Source: Chthonomonas calidirosea (GTDB lineage: Bacteria > Armatimonadota > Fimbriimonadia > Fimbriimonadales > Fimbriimonadaceae). Taken from it: 63,473 nt of DNA. Positions 27,866 through 37,701 of the stretch are shown here, in pieces. Position numbers and translations under genes: made by a program. Numbering within the stretch: the first letter of the stretch is position 1; each line of letters begins with the position of its first letter. The stretch is taken from contig CAMAPH010000013.1 in NCBI GenBank assembly GCA_945859975.1, forward strand, positions 1 to 63,473, in the 5' to 3' direction. The notes beneath the pieces are model-generated. The model saw only the letters and a list, made by a program, of their open reading frames with translations, made no database searches and had not been told where the DNA came from.

Positions 27866-28606
27866 ATGTTTCTCCTCTCCCTCCTGATCCAAGCTCCGAC
27901 GCAGGGCGATGTTTATCCGCGGTTCTTTATGCGTGAGTTGGTGACCGGGCCCCTTATCATTGCCGAGCAGCGGCACGATTTGATTTATCGGAAGACCACG
28001 GAGTTGCGGTACGACGATCGGGGGCAGCCGATTCCGCAGTCGCACATTACGCGGCGATTGGGGTGGTGTACTTATGGCGTCACGGAGGGCGAGTTGTTTG
28101 GGGAGCCTTGCCGGGTGGTGCGCTGGTACACGCGGTACAAGCCGGAAAGTGGAGACGCGGATGCAGATGTGGAGCATCGGTTTTATGTGTCCCCCGAAGG
28201 CAAGATTCTGCGGCAGGTTTCGCGGTCGACCTATCCGAAGCCGCGACTGGCGAACGTCTTGGTTACCGAGAACGGGTTGCAGGTGATGGTTACGGACGCC
28301 GAGGGCAACCGGAGTTTCGACTTGGAACTGGCGGACATGGCGCCGTACGTGAACGCGTTTGTTCCTTACACGAGCGGGGTGAAATCGGTGGTGCTTTACG
28401 ACCCGTTCCGCAACGGCCTATCTCAGTTCACCGTCTCGTTGGCGTCTTACTTTACAGATAGCTGGGACGGGGTTCGGTACAAGGGGAAGTCGTACGCCAT
28501 CGACAAAGGGAAGCTGTACTTGACGGATTCTGGGAAGCCGTTTCGGTGCGAGCTCAGCGAGTTCGTCGGCTTTGAACCGTTTGTTGAAGGATTACGTTCT
28601 AAATAG
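27866..28606 (+). CDS. Hypothetical protein (possibly exported)
   Basis: 246-aa ORF filling the gap, short hydrophobic N-terminus, beta-rich; no family recognised. Confidence 0.65.
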   Translation: MFLLSLLIQAPTQGDVYPRFFMRELVTGPLIIAEQRHDLIYRKTTELRYDDRGQPIPQSHITRRLGWCTYGVTEGELFGEPCRVVRWYTRYKPESGDADADVEHRFYVSPEGKILRQVSRSTYPKPRLANVLVTENGLQVMVTDAEGNRSFDLELADMAPYVNAFVPYTSGVKSVVLYDPFRNGLSQFTVSLASYFTDSWDGVRYKGKSYAIDKGKLYLTDSGKPFRCELSEFVGFEPFVEGLRSK

Positions 28607-28607
28607 T

Positions 28608-28784
28608 ATGAATCCGGTTTTTAAGGCCTTCCTTGGCTTGGGCGGCGGCGCGCTCATGGGCTACGGCTACCACCTCACGATGCGTTGCACGGGCAGCGTC
28701 TGTATCAACTCCCGAATGCCCGCCGTGCCGATTGGCGTGATGGCGGTTATCGGTTTGCTCGTCGCGCTAAATTCGCGACCCTGA
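28608..28784 (+). CDS. Small membrane protein with CxxxxC loop (DUF6132/YtxH-like)
   Basis: GGALMGYGYH...CTGSVC between two TM helices; ATG 1 nt after previous stop. Confidence 0.6.
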   Translation: MNPVFKAFLGLGGGALMGYGYHLTMRCTGSVCINSRMPAVPIGVMAVIGLLVALNSRP

Positions 28785-28785
28785 T

Positions 28786-30624
28786 TTAGTCTTCCGACAC
28801 TAGGGCCGCGCGTTCCATTCTCTCCGGAGCCGATATTCCCAGCAGGTCCAGGGCGGCTTGGAGGGCGTTTTTGGTGAGGCGGCAGAGGTCGAGGCGAGCT
28901 CGGCTGAGCTCGGGCTGTTCCGGTTGCACCACGCGACAGGCATCGTAGAAGTGGTGGAAAAGGCGCGCGAGTTCGACCACGTAGGTGGTGAGGCGATGCA
29001 CTCCGTAATCGCGGGCGCTTCGCTCAACTTCCCATGGCAGGTCGAGAATCTTCTTGATCAGTAGTCCTTCACGCGGGTGGACCAGAAGTGCGTGATCGGC
29101 GGCGCCAGCTTCAATTTCCCCGGCTCGGGCGAGCACGGAGCAGATTCGGGCGTGGGCGTATTGGGCGTAGAAGACCGGGTTTTCGTCGCTTTGGCGGGCG
29201 GCGAGGTCGAGGTCGAAGTCCATCGCGGTGTCGTGGCTTCGCATCAGATAGAAGAAGCGAGTGACGTCGCGGCCGATGCGCTGCTGCTCTTCGGCGTCGG
29301 CATTCGGCGCGGTGCTCTGGCCGATCTCGTTGATGAGGTCGATGAGGGCGTAGATGTTGCCATCGCGCTTGCGCATCGGCGCGGGCTTGCCTTCTTTTAG
29401 GAAGCGTACGACTTGGAAGATGACGACCTCTAGCTTCTCGCGGGCGGTGGCGGTGGCTTCCTCGTCGGTCTGCTCGGAGGTTTGAAGGAGCGCGGCGACG
29501 ACGGCGTTCAGGCGGCCGATGTAGCCGTGATGGTCTGGACCAAGGACGGTGATCAGCTTGTCGGCGTTGGCCGGGCGGTTGAACTTATCGGCGTGGTAGG
29601 CGACGTCGCTGGAGATGTAGGTGAGGCGGCCATCGCGGCGGCGAAGCACACGGTCTTGGTCGTCGCCGAACTTGGTGCTGCGGAGCCAGAGGGTCTTTCC
29701 GCTGCCCTCGGCGTCGTCTTCGTCCTTCACCGTCTCTTGCGGCTCGATCTCGGTTTCTTCGATCTTGCCCTTAACGATTTTGACTTTGGTGCGGAACGGC
29801 TGATCGTCGGCAACGCCTTTCGCGGTGAGCTCGTCGAGGCGCTGGGCCACGACGCCTGAGTCGTGGAGGGACTGTTCGGAGAACCAGGTGTCGAAGGTGA
29901 CGCCGAACGTCGCGAGATCGCGGGCCTGGGCTTGGAGCATGAGGTCTTGGCTGGCGAGCTTCACATCGGCGGGAATCGTTCCCTTCAATGCTTCGGCGAC
30001 AGCCACAACATAGTCGCCCTTGTAGCCATTATCTGGAACCGGCTCACCGCGAAGTAGAGCAGCCACAGACTCGGCGAAGAGGCGCATCTGCTCGCTGTTC
30101 ACGCCATCGTTGATGTAGTACTCGCGGTGGACTTCGTTCCCGGCGGCGGCGAGGACATTGCAGAGGGCGGAGCCAAAGGCGGCACCGCGTCCGGAGCCGA
30201 TGGTGATCGGTCCGTTCGGGTTCACCGAGACGAACTCAACGTTGATCTTCTTGCCTTGTGGCTGGGGAACTTGTGCGAGCCTCTCAGTGCCTAGTTCAAG
30301 CGCGGTCGGTACGTAGGCGGCGATGGCGGTCGGCTTGAGGCGAAGGTTTAAGAATCCAGGACCGGCCACTTCGACGTCGTCGAGGGTGTTTCCTCCATCG
30401 GTTTCTAGGATCGCGGTTCGCAGGGCTTCACCAAGTTGGCGCGGATTCATTCCGGCGGCTTTGCTGGCGACCATGGCCAAGTTGCAGGCGAAGTCGCCGT
30501 GCTCGGGCTGCTTGGTGTCGGAGATTTCCGGTCGAAAATCGGCCAAGACGGCGGGAAGAGTTCCGGCAGAAACTCGGGTGGCGACGGCGCGCGAGATGAG
30601 GCTTTGAAGGTCGTTGCGAAGCAA
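28786..30624 (-). CDS. argS: Arginine--tRNA ligase
   Basis: HGDFACN.A, AGPGFLN, EFVSVNPNGP, EYYIND, D.AYH..K, G.DHHGY, ENPVFY.QYAHARI.S, LGISAPERM. Confidence 0.96.
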   Translation of the reverse strand: MLRNDLQSLISRAVATRVSAGTLPAVLADFRPEISDTKQPEHGDFACNLAMVASKAAGMNPRQLGEALRTAILETDGGNTLDDVEVAGPGFLNLRLKPTAIAAYVPTALELGTERLAQVPQPQGKKINVEFVSVNPNGPITIGSGRGAAFGSALCNVLAAAGNEVHREYYINDGVNSEQMRLFAESVAALLRGEPVPDNGYKGDYVVAVAEALKGTIPADVKLASQDLMLQAQARDLATFGVTFDTWFSEQSLHDSGVVAQRLDELTAKGVADDQPFRTKVKIVKGKIEETEIEPQETVKDEDDAEGSGKTLWLRSTKFGDDQDRVLRRRDGRLTYISSDVAYHADKFNRPANADKLITVLGPDHHGYIGRLNAVVAALLQTSEQTDEEATATAREKLEVVIFQVVRFLKEGKPAPMRKRDGNIYALIDLINEIGQSTAPNADAEEQQRIGRDVTRFFYLMRSHDTAMDFDLDLAARQSDENPVFYAQYAHARICSVLARAGEIEAGAADHALLVHPREGLLIKKILDLPWEVERSARDYGVHRLTTYVVELARLFHHFYDACRVVQPEQPELSRARLDLCRLTKNALQAALDLLGISAPERMERAALVSED

Positions 30625-30669
30625 GTCAGAGAGGGTACCGGAAGCCTAGGAAACGGTAGCCTGACTGGG

Positions 30670-31545
30670 ATGAAGATTCTTGTGACCGGCGGGTCCGGCA
30701 GGCTTGGAAAGTATGTGATAGAAGAGCTTGCGGCGGCCGGTCACTGGGCGATCAACGTGGATAAGAACCCCGGCGAATCGCGCCGCTGGGGCAACTACAT
30801 TGGGGTCGATCTCAGCAACGCCGGGCAAATTTATGACGTGATGCTGGAGGTTAAGCCAGACGCGGTCGTTCACCTTGCAGCTGACCCCCGAGCCGGATAT
30901 GTTCCGCGCAATCATCAGTTCGTTTCCAACGTGGGGATGACGCACAGCGCCATGATGGCGGCGGGCGATTTGGGGGTGAAGCGCATTGTTTATGCCAGCT
31001 CCGAGCAGGCGAATGGCTGGTCTTCGGGCAACTTGTGCCCGCCGCGATTCCCGTTTGGCGAAGGGGATATGACCCGGCCGCGAAGCGCTTATGCGCTCAG
31101 CAAGCTGATGGGCGAAGAGATCGCGGAGAGCATCGTGGCGACGTACCCGGAGACTTCCGCGGTGAGCCTGCGAATCAACTTCATCACGGTCCCGGAGGAT
31201 AGCGATTGGATTGAAAAGCGCGCGGGGCACTGGCCGGGCGGGCACACGAATCTTTGGGCCTACCTTGATGCGCGGGACGCGGCGACGGCTTTTCGATTGG
31301 CGGTGGAGGCTCCCCGCGAGGTGTTGGGGCACGGACACCGGGCATATATGGTGGCGGCGGCGGACAACCTCACGACCTTTGAAACTCGGGACGCAATAAC
31401 GCGATTCTTCGGCCCGGAGATCGAGGTTTCGTCAGAACTTGATGTGTTTGGTTCGACGGTCGACTGCTCAAGGATTACAAAAGACCTAGGCTGGCGGCCA
31501 GTTCACTCCTGGCGGAATGCCTTAAGCCCGCAAAGCGTTGAATAG
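30670..31545 (+). CDS. NAD-dependent epimerase/dehydratase family protein
   Basis: Start ATG 30670: MKILVTGGSGRLG; VVHLAA; YASS; YALSK. Confidence 0.9.
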   Translation: MKILVTGGSGRLGKYVIEELAAAGHWAINVDKNPGESRRWGNYIGVDLSNAGQIYDVMLEVKPDAVVHLAADPRAGYVPRNHQFVSNVGMTHSAMMAAGDLGVKRIVYASSEQANGWSSGNLCPPRFPFGEGDMTRPRSAYALSKLMGEEIAESIVATYPETSAVSLRINFITVPEDSDWIEKRAGHWPGGHTNLWAYLDARDAATAFRLAVEAPREVLGHGHRAYMVAAADNLTTFETRDAITRFFGPEIEVSSELDVFGSTVDCSRITKDLGWRPVHSWRNALSPQSVE

Positions 31546-31548
31546 CGC

Positions 31549-32391
31549 ATGAACTTCCTTAAAACGGGAATCTTGATGGCAGTCTTCGGCGGCCTCGCGG
31601 TTGTCGTAGGGCGTTACTTCTTCGGCTTACAAGGCGCGGTCATTGGTCTTGGCGCGGCGGTGCTTTTCCAGAGCATCGCTTACTTTAACGGACACAAGAT
31701 GGCGATTCGGATGGCCCACGGCGTTGCCTTCGAAGAGCTGGACCCTCGATCTCAGAACCAACTGGCGTGGCTGGCGACGGCGAATGAGACGTTGTCGCAA
31801 CGAGCGGGAATTCCTGCGCCGAAGCTGTACATCTCGCCAGACCCTCAGCCGAACGCTTTTGCGGCCGGTCGAAATCCTAGCGTGGCGGTGGTTTGCTTCA
31901 ACGAGGGGCTCTTGAACCTGATGCCCCGTGACGAGGTGATTGCGGTTCTGGCGCACGAGCTGGGCCACGTTAAGAATCGAGACAGCTTGCTGATGACGGT
32001 GACGGCGGCATTTGCGACCTTCATCAGCTTTTTGGCGCAATTGGCATGGCTCATTCCGCGGGGCGATAACGAGGAGCGGAATCCGATTGTCGACTTGCTG
32101 ATGATGATCTTGGCGCCGATAACGGCGACGGTGATTCAGATGGCGATTTCGCGAACTCGAGAGTTTGGCGCCGACCGTGCGGCGGCGGATTTGATCGGTT
32201 CGCCGCAGCCGATGATCTCGGCATTGAAGTCGTTAGAGCGAGGCACGGACCGGATTCCAAGTACGACAGCGCAGACAGCGAGTGCACATATGTACATTGC
32301 TTCGCCTTTCTCAGGGGGCGGATTCATGAAGCTGTTTATGACTCACCCGCCGATCGAAGAGCGCGTTCGGGCGCTGCAAACGGCGTCGTAA
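31549..32391 (+). CDS. htpX: Zinc metalloprotease HtpX (M48)
   Basis: PNAFAAGR, AHELGHV.NRD, ISRTREF.AD, F.THPP.EER. Confidence 0.93.
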   Translation: MNFLKTGILMAVFGGLAVVVGRYFFGLQGAVIGLGAAVLFQSIAYFNGHKMAIRMAHGVAFEELDPRSQNQLAWLATANETLSQRAGIPAPKLYISPDPQPNAFAAGRNPSVAVVCFNEGLLNLMPRDEVIAVLAHELGHVKNRDSLLMTVTAAFATFISFLAQLAWLIPRGDNEERNPIVDLLMMILAPITATVIQMAISRTREFGADRAAADLIGSPQPMISALKSLERGTDRIPSTTAQTASAHMYIASPFSGGGFMKLFMTHPPIEERVRALQTAS

Positions 32392-32420
32392 CCGGTCGGG
32401 CGTACGCAAGCGAGAGAGAA

Positions 32421-32456
32421 AACGCGGCGGAATGAACGTTCCGCCGCGTTCATTTC
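32421..32456 (+). terminator. Hairpin terminator after htpX
   Basis: AACGCGGCGGAA/TTCCGCCGCGTT perfect stem followed by T-rich sequence. Confidence 0.7.
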
Positions 32457-32566
32457 GTCTTATTTGCACCCAACCCATAGGCAGAGCGGGACCTTTGGTC
32501 TACAATCAAAACTCGCTTGGGGAGCGTTCGGCTGCGTTTGCGGCCGAGGTGTGGGGAAAAACGAGT

Positions 32567-34354
32567 ATGGCATTGCCGCGAATTTCAATGGAGCAGTACC
32601 TCCTGCAAAAAGGTTTCTTGAAGCCTGAACAGCACGAGGAGGCAAAAAAGGTTGCTCAGCAAACGGGTCAGCCGCTAGATCGGGTGTTGATTTCTTTGAA
32701 CTTTGTTGGGGAACGAGAAGTTCTTCAGGCCAAAGCCCAAGAAATGGGATATGGCTTTGTTGATCTCGACCGCATTCCGGCGATTGAGAGCGGCGCCATC
32801 AACGTTGTTCCTGAGCGGATCGTTAAGGCGCACAACGCCATTCCGGTCAAGAAAGACGGAAACACGCTCTATGTCGCGATGACCAATCCGGGCAACATCG
32901 TTGCTCTCGACGACATCAAGATTGCTTCCGGCCTCCGCGTGGTTCCGGTGCTTGCCGTTCCGGCCGCCATTGAAGACGCGATTAAGAAGTATTACTCCGG
33001 CAGCTCTGCCGCACCGGCTCCAGGTGCAGCTTCGGCTGCTACGCCGGTCGCTGCAGCAGCGGCTCCAATCGCGACCAGCAACTATTCGGACGCGATGAAG
33101 CGAGCCATCGCGGAAGCCGGCGTCAACCGAGACATTGCCACGAGCGATGCCGGTGCCGATGACGACGAGAAGATGGCTGAGCAAGCGCCGATTATCCGGC
33201 TTGCCAACGCCCTCATTCAGCAGGCGATTTCGGACCGAGCTTCGGACATTCACGTTGAGCCGCAGGACCGATCGGTCCGGGTTCGGTACCGCATTGACGG
33301 TGTTTTGATGGAAGCCATGACGGTTCCTCGAAACCTGATGGCTCCGCTCATCAGCCGTCTGAAGATCATGGCGGAAATGAACATCGCCGAACGACGTATT
33401 CCGCAAGACGGTCGAATTGAAATTCGAACCAACAACAAGGAATATGACCTTCGCGTAAGTTCGGTTCCAACCCCGCAGGGCGAGAAGATCGTTATGCGAA
33501 TTCTGGACAAAGGCTCGGCGATGGTCGGCTTGGTCAAACTCGGATTTACCGACGAGAACCAGCTGAAGATCGAAGAACTTTGTAGCCAGCCGAACGGTAT
33601 GTTCCTTGCCACGGGTCCTACGGGATCGGGCAAAACCACGACGCTAAACTCAATTCTTTCCAAGCTCAACACGGTCGGCGTCAACATCTTGACCGCAGAA
33701 GACCCGGTTGAGTACCAGATGAACGGCGTAAACCAGGTTCAGATGAACCGAAAAGCCGGTCTGACCTTTGCAACCGCGCTTCGAGCCTTCCTTCGACAAG
33801 ACCCTGACATCATCATGGTCGGAGAAATCCGAGACGTTGAAACGGCGGAAATCGCGATTGAAGCGGCACTTACGGGCCACTTGGTTCTCTCCACGCTTCA
33901 CACCAACGATGCTCCTTCGGCCACGATCCGTTTGACCGACATGGGCGTTGAGCCGTTCTTGATCTCTGCAACCTTGATCGGTATCTTGGCTCAGCGACTT
34001 GGACGACGAATCGACCCAGATCACCGAGAGAGCTACCAGGTACCGGCAGCGGACCTCAAGCGGTTCGGGCTTCAGTTTACGGACCCCGAAGAGCAGATCA
34101 CGCTCTTCCGCGGTATTCCGAACGAGAACAACCGAATGACCGGCTACCGCGGTCGAACTGGTTTCCACGAGTTGCTGACAATGAACGCAGAAATTGCGGA
34201 ACTTGTTGTGCGCCGAGCCCCTCTACAGGATATTAAGGACGCGGCGAAAGCGAATGGAATGAAAGAGCTTAGAGAAGACGGACTGGTCAAAGTTCTCGAA
34301 GGCGTCACCGATCCGGGTGAAGTCATGCGAGTCGTGTTCACAGCGGGCTTCTAA
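32567..34354 (+). CDS. pilB: Type IV pilus assembly ATPase PilB/GspE
   Basis: MshEN-like N-terminus, ASDIHVEP, R.RIDG, PQDGR, GPTGSGKTTT, EDPVE, LRQDPD.IMVGEIRD, GH.V.STLH.ND; start at ATG 32567. Confidence 0.95.
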   Translation: MALPRISMEQYLLQKGFLKPEQHEEAKKVAQQTGQPLDRVLISLNFVGEREVLQAKAQEMGYGFVDLDRIPAIESGAINVVPERIVKAHNAIPVKKDGNTLYVAMTNPGNIVALDDIKIASGLRVVPVLAVPAAIEDAIKKYYSGSSAAPAPGAASAATPVAAAAAPIATSNYSDAMKRAIAEAGVNRDIATSDAGADDDEKMAEQAPIIRLANALIQQAISDRASDIHVEPQDRSVRVRYRIDGVLMEAMTVPRNLMAPLISRLKIMAEMNIAERRIPQDGRIEIRTNNKEYDLRVSSVPTPQGEKIVMRILDKGSAMVGLVKLGFTDENQLKIEELCSQPNGMFLATGPTGSGKTTTLNSILSKLNTVGVNILTAEDPVEYQMNGVNQVQMNRKAGLTFATALRAFLRQDPDIIMVGEIRDVETAEIAIEAALTGHLVLSTLHTNDAPSATIRLTDMGVEPFLISATLIGILAQRLGRRIDPDHRESYQVPAADLKRFGLQFTDPEEQITLFRGIPNENNRMTGYRGRTGFHELLTMNAEIAELVVRRAPLQDIKDAAKANGMKELREDGLVKVLEGVTDPGEVMRVVFTAGF

Positions 34355-34371
34355 AGGACGTAGGCAAAAGT

Positions 34372-35658
34372 ATGCAAAACAATTCAGGAATGACGCCTCC
34401 GCCACGAGTCGGAGTTGGAGTTGGACCAGGGATCCCGAGTGCGGGTGGCATGATGCCGCCACCACCCGGAGGAGGCAATCCGTTTCCGGCCGAAAAGCCA
34501 GAAGAGGAACACAGTGGGCCGCCGGCTTCACTAGAAGATCTTCACATTGACGAGCTTTTGCACTTAGTCGTCGACCGAGGCGCGTCGGACCTTCACATCA
34601 GCCAGAACTCCGCTCCGATTATTCGAGAAGACGGAAAGCTGAAGCCGTTGCACTACGAAAAGTTCACGCCGCAGGACTCGCAGCGAATGCTGTACGACAT
34701 CCTTTCGGACGACAACATCAACAAGTTCGAAACGACTCTCGAGCTTGACTTTTCGTACCAGCTTCCTCGCCGTGCCCGGTTCCGAGTTAACTATTACCGA
34801 GAAAAGGGTGCGGTCGCGGCCGCATTCCGGTTGATTCCGGCGAAGATTCCGACGGTTGAGCAGCTGAACCTGCCGAACATTCTGAAGCAGCTTTGCGAAC
34901 GACCTCGTGGTCTGATTCTGGTTACGGGACCTACGGGTTCTGGAAAGTCAACGTCGCTCGCGGCGATGATTAACCACATCAACGAGAACCACGCGCACCA
35001 CATTATCACGATCGAAGACCCGATCGAGTATCTGCACGAGCACAAGAAGTGCATCATCAACCAGCGCGAAGTCGGTTCGGACACCCGAAGCTTCTTGAAC
35101 GCGCTTCGCGGTTCGCTTCGAGAAGACCCAGACATCCTGCTGGTCGGTGAAATGCGAGACGTTGAAACGATCGGTTTGGCGATTACCGCGGCAGAAACCG
35201 GTCACTTGGTCTTTGCTACGCTTCACACGAACACCGCGGCCGAATCGATCGACCGTATGATTGACGTTTTCCCGCCAGGACAGCAGGAGCAGATTCGCGT
35301 TCAGCTTTCGAACAACATTGTGGCCATCATTTCGCAGCAGCTCATGCCGCGACTTGGAAAGCCCGGTCGAGTTCCGGCGAACGAGGTCATGATCGCATCT
35401 CCGGCAATTCGCAACCTCATCCGAGAAGCGAAGACCCACCAGATTCCGTCCATGATTCAAACCAGTGGTTCGATGGGCATGTTCACCATGGACCAGTGTT
35501 TGCGTGACCTGTATCTGAAGGGACTCATCTCGCTCGACGACGCCTATGCGCGATGTTCGAACAAGGAAGAGCTTACGAAGATGCTCAACACCCCGGCTTC
35601 CGGAACAGGCCCAGGCGGCTCCGGACTCCCCGGCGCGCCACCTTCGCGTGGAAGGTAA
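34372..35658 (+). CDS. pilT: Type IV pilus retraction ATPase PilT
   Basis: ASDLH, GPTGSGKSTSLAAMI, TIEDPIE, QREVG.DT.SF, LREDPD, AETGHLVFATLHT, AIRNLIRE. Confidence 0.96.
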   Translation: MQNNSGMTPPPRVGVGVGPGIPSAGGMMPPPPGGGNPFPAEKPEEEHSGPPASLEDLHIDELLHLVVDRGASDLHISQNSAPIIREDGKLKPLHYEKFTPQDSQRMLYDILSDDNINKFETTLELDFSYQLPRRARFRVNYYREKGAVAAAFRLIPAKIPTVEQLNLPNILKQLCERPRGLILVTGPTGSGKSTSLAAMINHINENHAHHIITIEDPIEYLHEHKKCIINQREVGSDTRSFLNALRGSLREDPDILLVGEMRDVETIGLAITAAETGHLVFATLHTNTAAESIDRMIDVFPPGQQEQIRVQLSNNIVAIISQQLMPRLGKPGRVPANEVMIASPAIRNLIREAKTHQIPSMIQTSGSMGMFTMDQCLRDLYLKGLISLDDAYARCSNKEELTKMLNTPASGTGPGGSGLPGAPPSRGR

Positions 35659-35714
35659 CTCCTTTTTCGGGAAGACCAAGACAAGAAAGCCAAGTTTAAG
35701 AGTGGAGATAGAAA

Positions 35715-36944
35715 ATGCCAGTATTCAGCTACACATTTAGGGACGCCACCGGCGGACTCCAAAAGGGAACCGCCGACGCAGAAAGCGAAGACATTCTGCG
35801 TAAAAGGTTTGAAGAACAGGGATTCGTGATCACCGAGGTCACGATGATCAAGTCGAAATCGGCTAAGCAGAAGAACTACGGAAAGGTCAAGCTTGGCCAC
35901 CTGTCCGTCTTCTGCCGCCAGTTCTCGACGATGGTTGATGCTGGTGTGTCTCTGGTCCGCTGCCTCGACGTTTTGGGTCGGCAGACGCAAGATCCAAAGC
36001 TCAAGAAGATTCTTGCCGACATCGGCGAGCGAGTTGAAGGCGGCGAAAGCCTTTCTCGCGCCATGCAGCGACACCCTCGAGCCTTTAACAACCTATTTAT
36101 CGGTTTGATCAAAGCCGGTGAAGTTGGTGGTGTCTTGGAAGAGTCCCTGCAGCGACTTTCGACGTTCTTGGAAAAGGACGTGGAACTCCGCCGAAAGGTG
36201 AAGTCGGCCATGACGTACCCGATTCTGGTTGCGATCATGTCGGTTGGCATCGTCACCTTCTTGGTCGCTTGGTTTGTTCCGCAGTGGTCGGCCATTCTTA
36301 CCGACTTGGGACTGAAGGCAGATGACCTTCCGGCACCAACGAAGCTTCTGATCGACATTTCGAACGTCATTCAGTACCGCGGTTGGATGATCGCCGTCGG
36401 AATCGTCGCGATTGTCATTGCGAACAAGATTTTCACTTCAACTCGGTTTGGCCGCCGTGTCATGGACCGAGTGAAGTTGAAGATTCCGGTCTTTGGCAAG
36501 TTGCACCACAAAGTTTGTATGACCCGGTTTAGCCGAACGATGGGCACGTTGCTCACCTCCGGTGTACCGATCTTGCAGGCCATGGAAACGGTTGCGGGTA
36601 CGGTTGGAAACTCGATCATGGCGGACGCCTTGATGGAAGCCCGAGCCCGTATCCGAGAAGGAGACCGAATTGGCGACCCGCTGGAAGCCTCTAAGCTGTT
36701 CCCGCCGATGGTCGTTCACATGATCGGCGTCGGAGAAGAATCCGGATCGCTCGACTTCATGTTGCAGAAAATCGCGGACTTCTACGACGCGGAGGTTGAA
36801 GCAACCCTTGCATCGCTGACCGCGGCCATCGAACCAATCATGATCGTTTCGCTTGGATTTGTCGTTGGATTCATCGTTGTCGCGATGTTCCTTCCGCTGG
36901 TCGACGTTATCTCGAAACTGTCGGGCGGCGACTCGGACGAGTAA
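35715..36944 (+). CDS. pilC: Type IV pilus platform protein PilC/GspF
   Basis: F.RQ.STM..AG, GE.GG.L, KVKSAM.YP, SGVPIL, GEESG.L, EPIMI. Confidence 0.95.
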   Translation: MPVFSYTFRDATGGLQKGTADAESEDILRKRFEEQGFVITEVTMIKSKSAKQKNYGKVKLGHLSVFCRQFSTMVDAGVSLVRCLDVLGRQTQDPKLKKILADIGERVEGGESLSRAMQRHPRAFNNLFIGLIKAGEVGGVLEESLQRLSTFLEKDVELRRKVKSAMTYPILVAIMSVGIVTFLVAWFVPQWSAILTDLGLKADDLPAPTKLLIDISNVIQYRGWMIAVGIVAIVIANKIFTSTRFGRRVMDRVKLKIPVFGKLHHKVCMTRFSRTMGTLLTSGVPILQAMETVAGTVGNSIMADALMEARARIREGDRIGDPLEASKLFPPMVVHMIGVGEESGSLDFMLQKIADFYDAEVEATLASLTAAIEPIMIVSLGFVVGFIVVAMFLPLVDVISKLSGGDSDE

Positions 36945-36957
36945 AAGAAAACTCTCG

Positions 36958-36990
36958 AAAGCCCCTTCGCGAAAGCGAAGGGGCTTTTTT
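36958..36990 (+). terminator. Rho-independent terminator after pilC
   Basis: AAAGCCCCTTCGC-GAAA-GCGAAGGGGCTTTTTT. Confidence 0.9.
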
Positions 36991-37051
36991 GTTTGTGTTC
37001 CCTTAAAATGCGACGAAACCTAGGAATGGTAGAGTCCGTCAAAATTACACC

Positions 37052-37303
37052 ATGGCTCTGAACATCAAGAATGCCGAGGTCGAACGGCTGGCGACCGAGA
37101 TTGCTCGCGCGACCGGCGAGACGAAGACCGAGGCGATCCGCAAAGCGCTTTTGGATCGCCAGAAGCAGTTAGACTTGCCGACGTTGGAAGAGCGTTGGAA
37201 AAAGATCCGTGACGATCTTGAGAGAGATGTCTGGTCCAAGCTTCCTCCAGACGTGCGAGGGAAGCGAATCCCCAAAGAAGAGTACGACGCTTTGTTCGAG
37301 TAG
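37052..37303 (+). CDS. vapB: VapB antitoxin (Rv0623-like)
   Basis: MALNIKN.EVERLA.E.A..TGE.KTEAIR.AL; directly upstream of PIN toxin. Confidence 0.88.
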   Translation: MALNIKNAEVERLATEIARATGETKTEAIRKALLDRQKQLDLPTLEERWKKIRDDLERDVWSKLPPDVRGKRIPKEEYDALFE

Positions 37304-37305
37304 TT

Positions 37306-37701
37306 ATGGTTGTAGATACCTCGGCCCTGGTTGCGGTCTTGCTCGAAGAGCCGCTCGCGGACACAATTGGTCCCCTCCTTTTAGGCTCGGCGCCGATCAT
37401 TGCGGCTCCGAACTACCTTGAGGCTCATATGGTTCTCGCCAAACACTATGGAGTCCGAACAGCGGACATTCTGCAGCAAAGGCTCGCCCAACTTGGCATC
37501 ACGGTTGTCGAGTTCACGCCGGAACAAGCTGTGGTCGCCGCGCGGGCGTTCGACCAATACGGAAAGGGGCGGCATCCGGCGAGTCTCAACTTTGGTGACT
37601 GCATCGCTTATGCGCTCGCCAAATCCACCCACCAACGTCTGTTGTTTGTTGGCCAGGACTTTGCTCAGACGGACGTTCGTCCTGCGCTGATCATGGGCTA
37701 G
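37306..37701 (+). CDS. vapC: VapC PIN-domain toxin
   Basis: VVDTSALVA, YGKGRHPA.LNFGDC..YALAK, LLF.G.DF..TD. Confidence 0.93.
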   Translation: MVVDTSALVAVLLEEPLADTIGPLLLGSAPIIAAPNYLEAHMVLAKHYGVRTADILQQRLAQLGITVVEFTPEQAVVAARAFDQYGKGRHPASLNFGDCIAYALAKSTHQRLLFVGQDFAQTDVRPALIMG

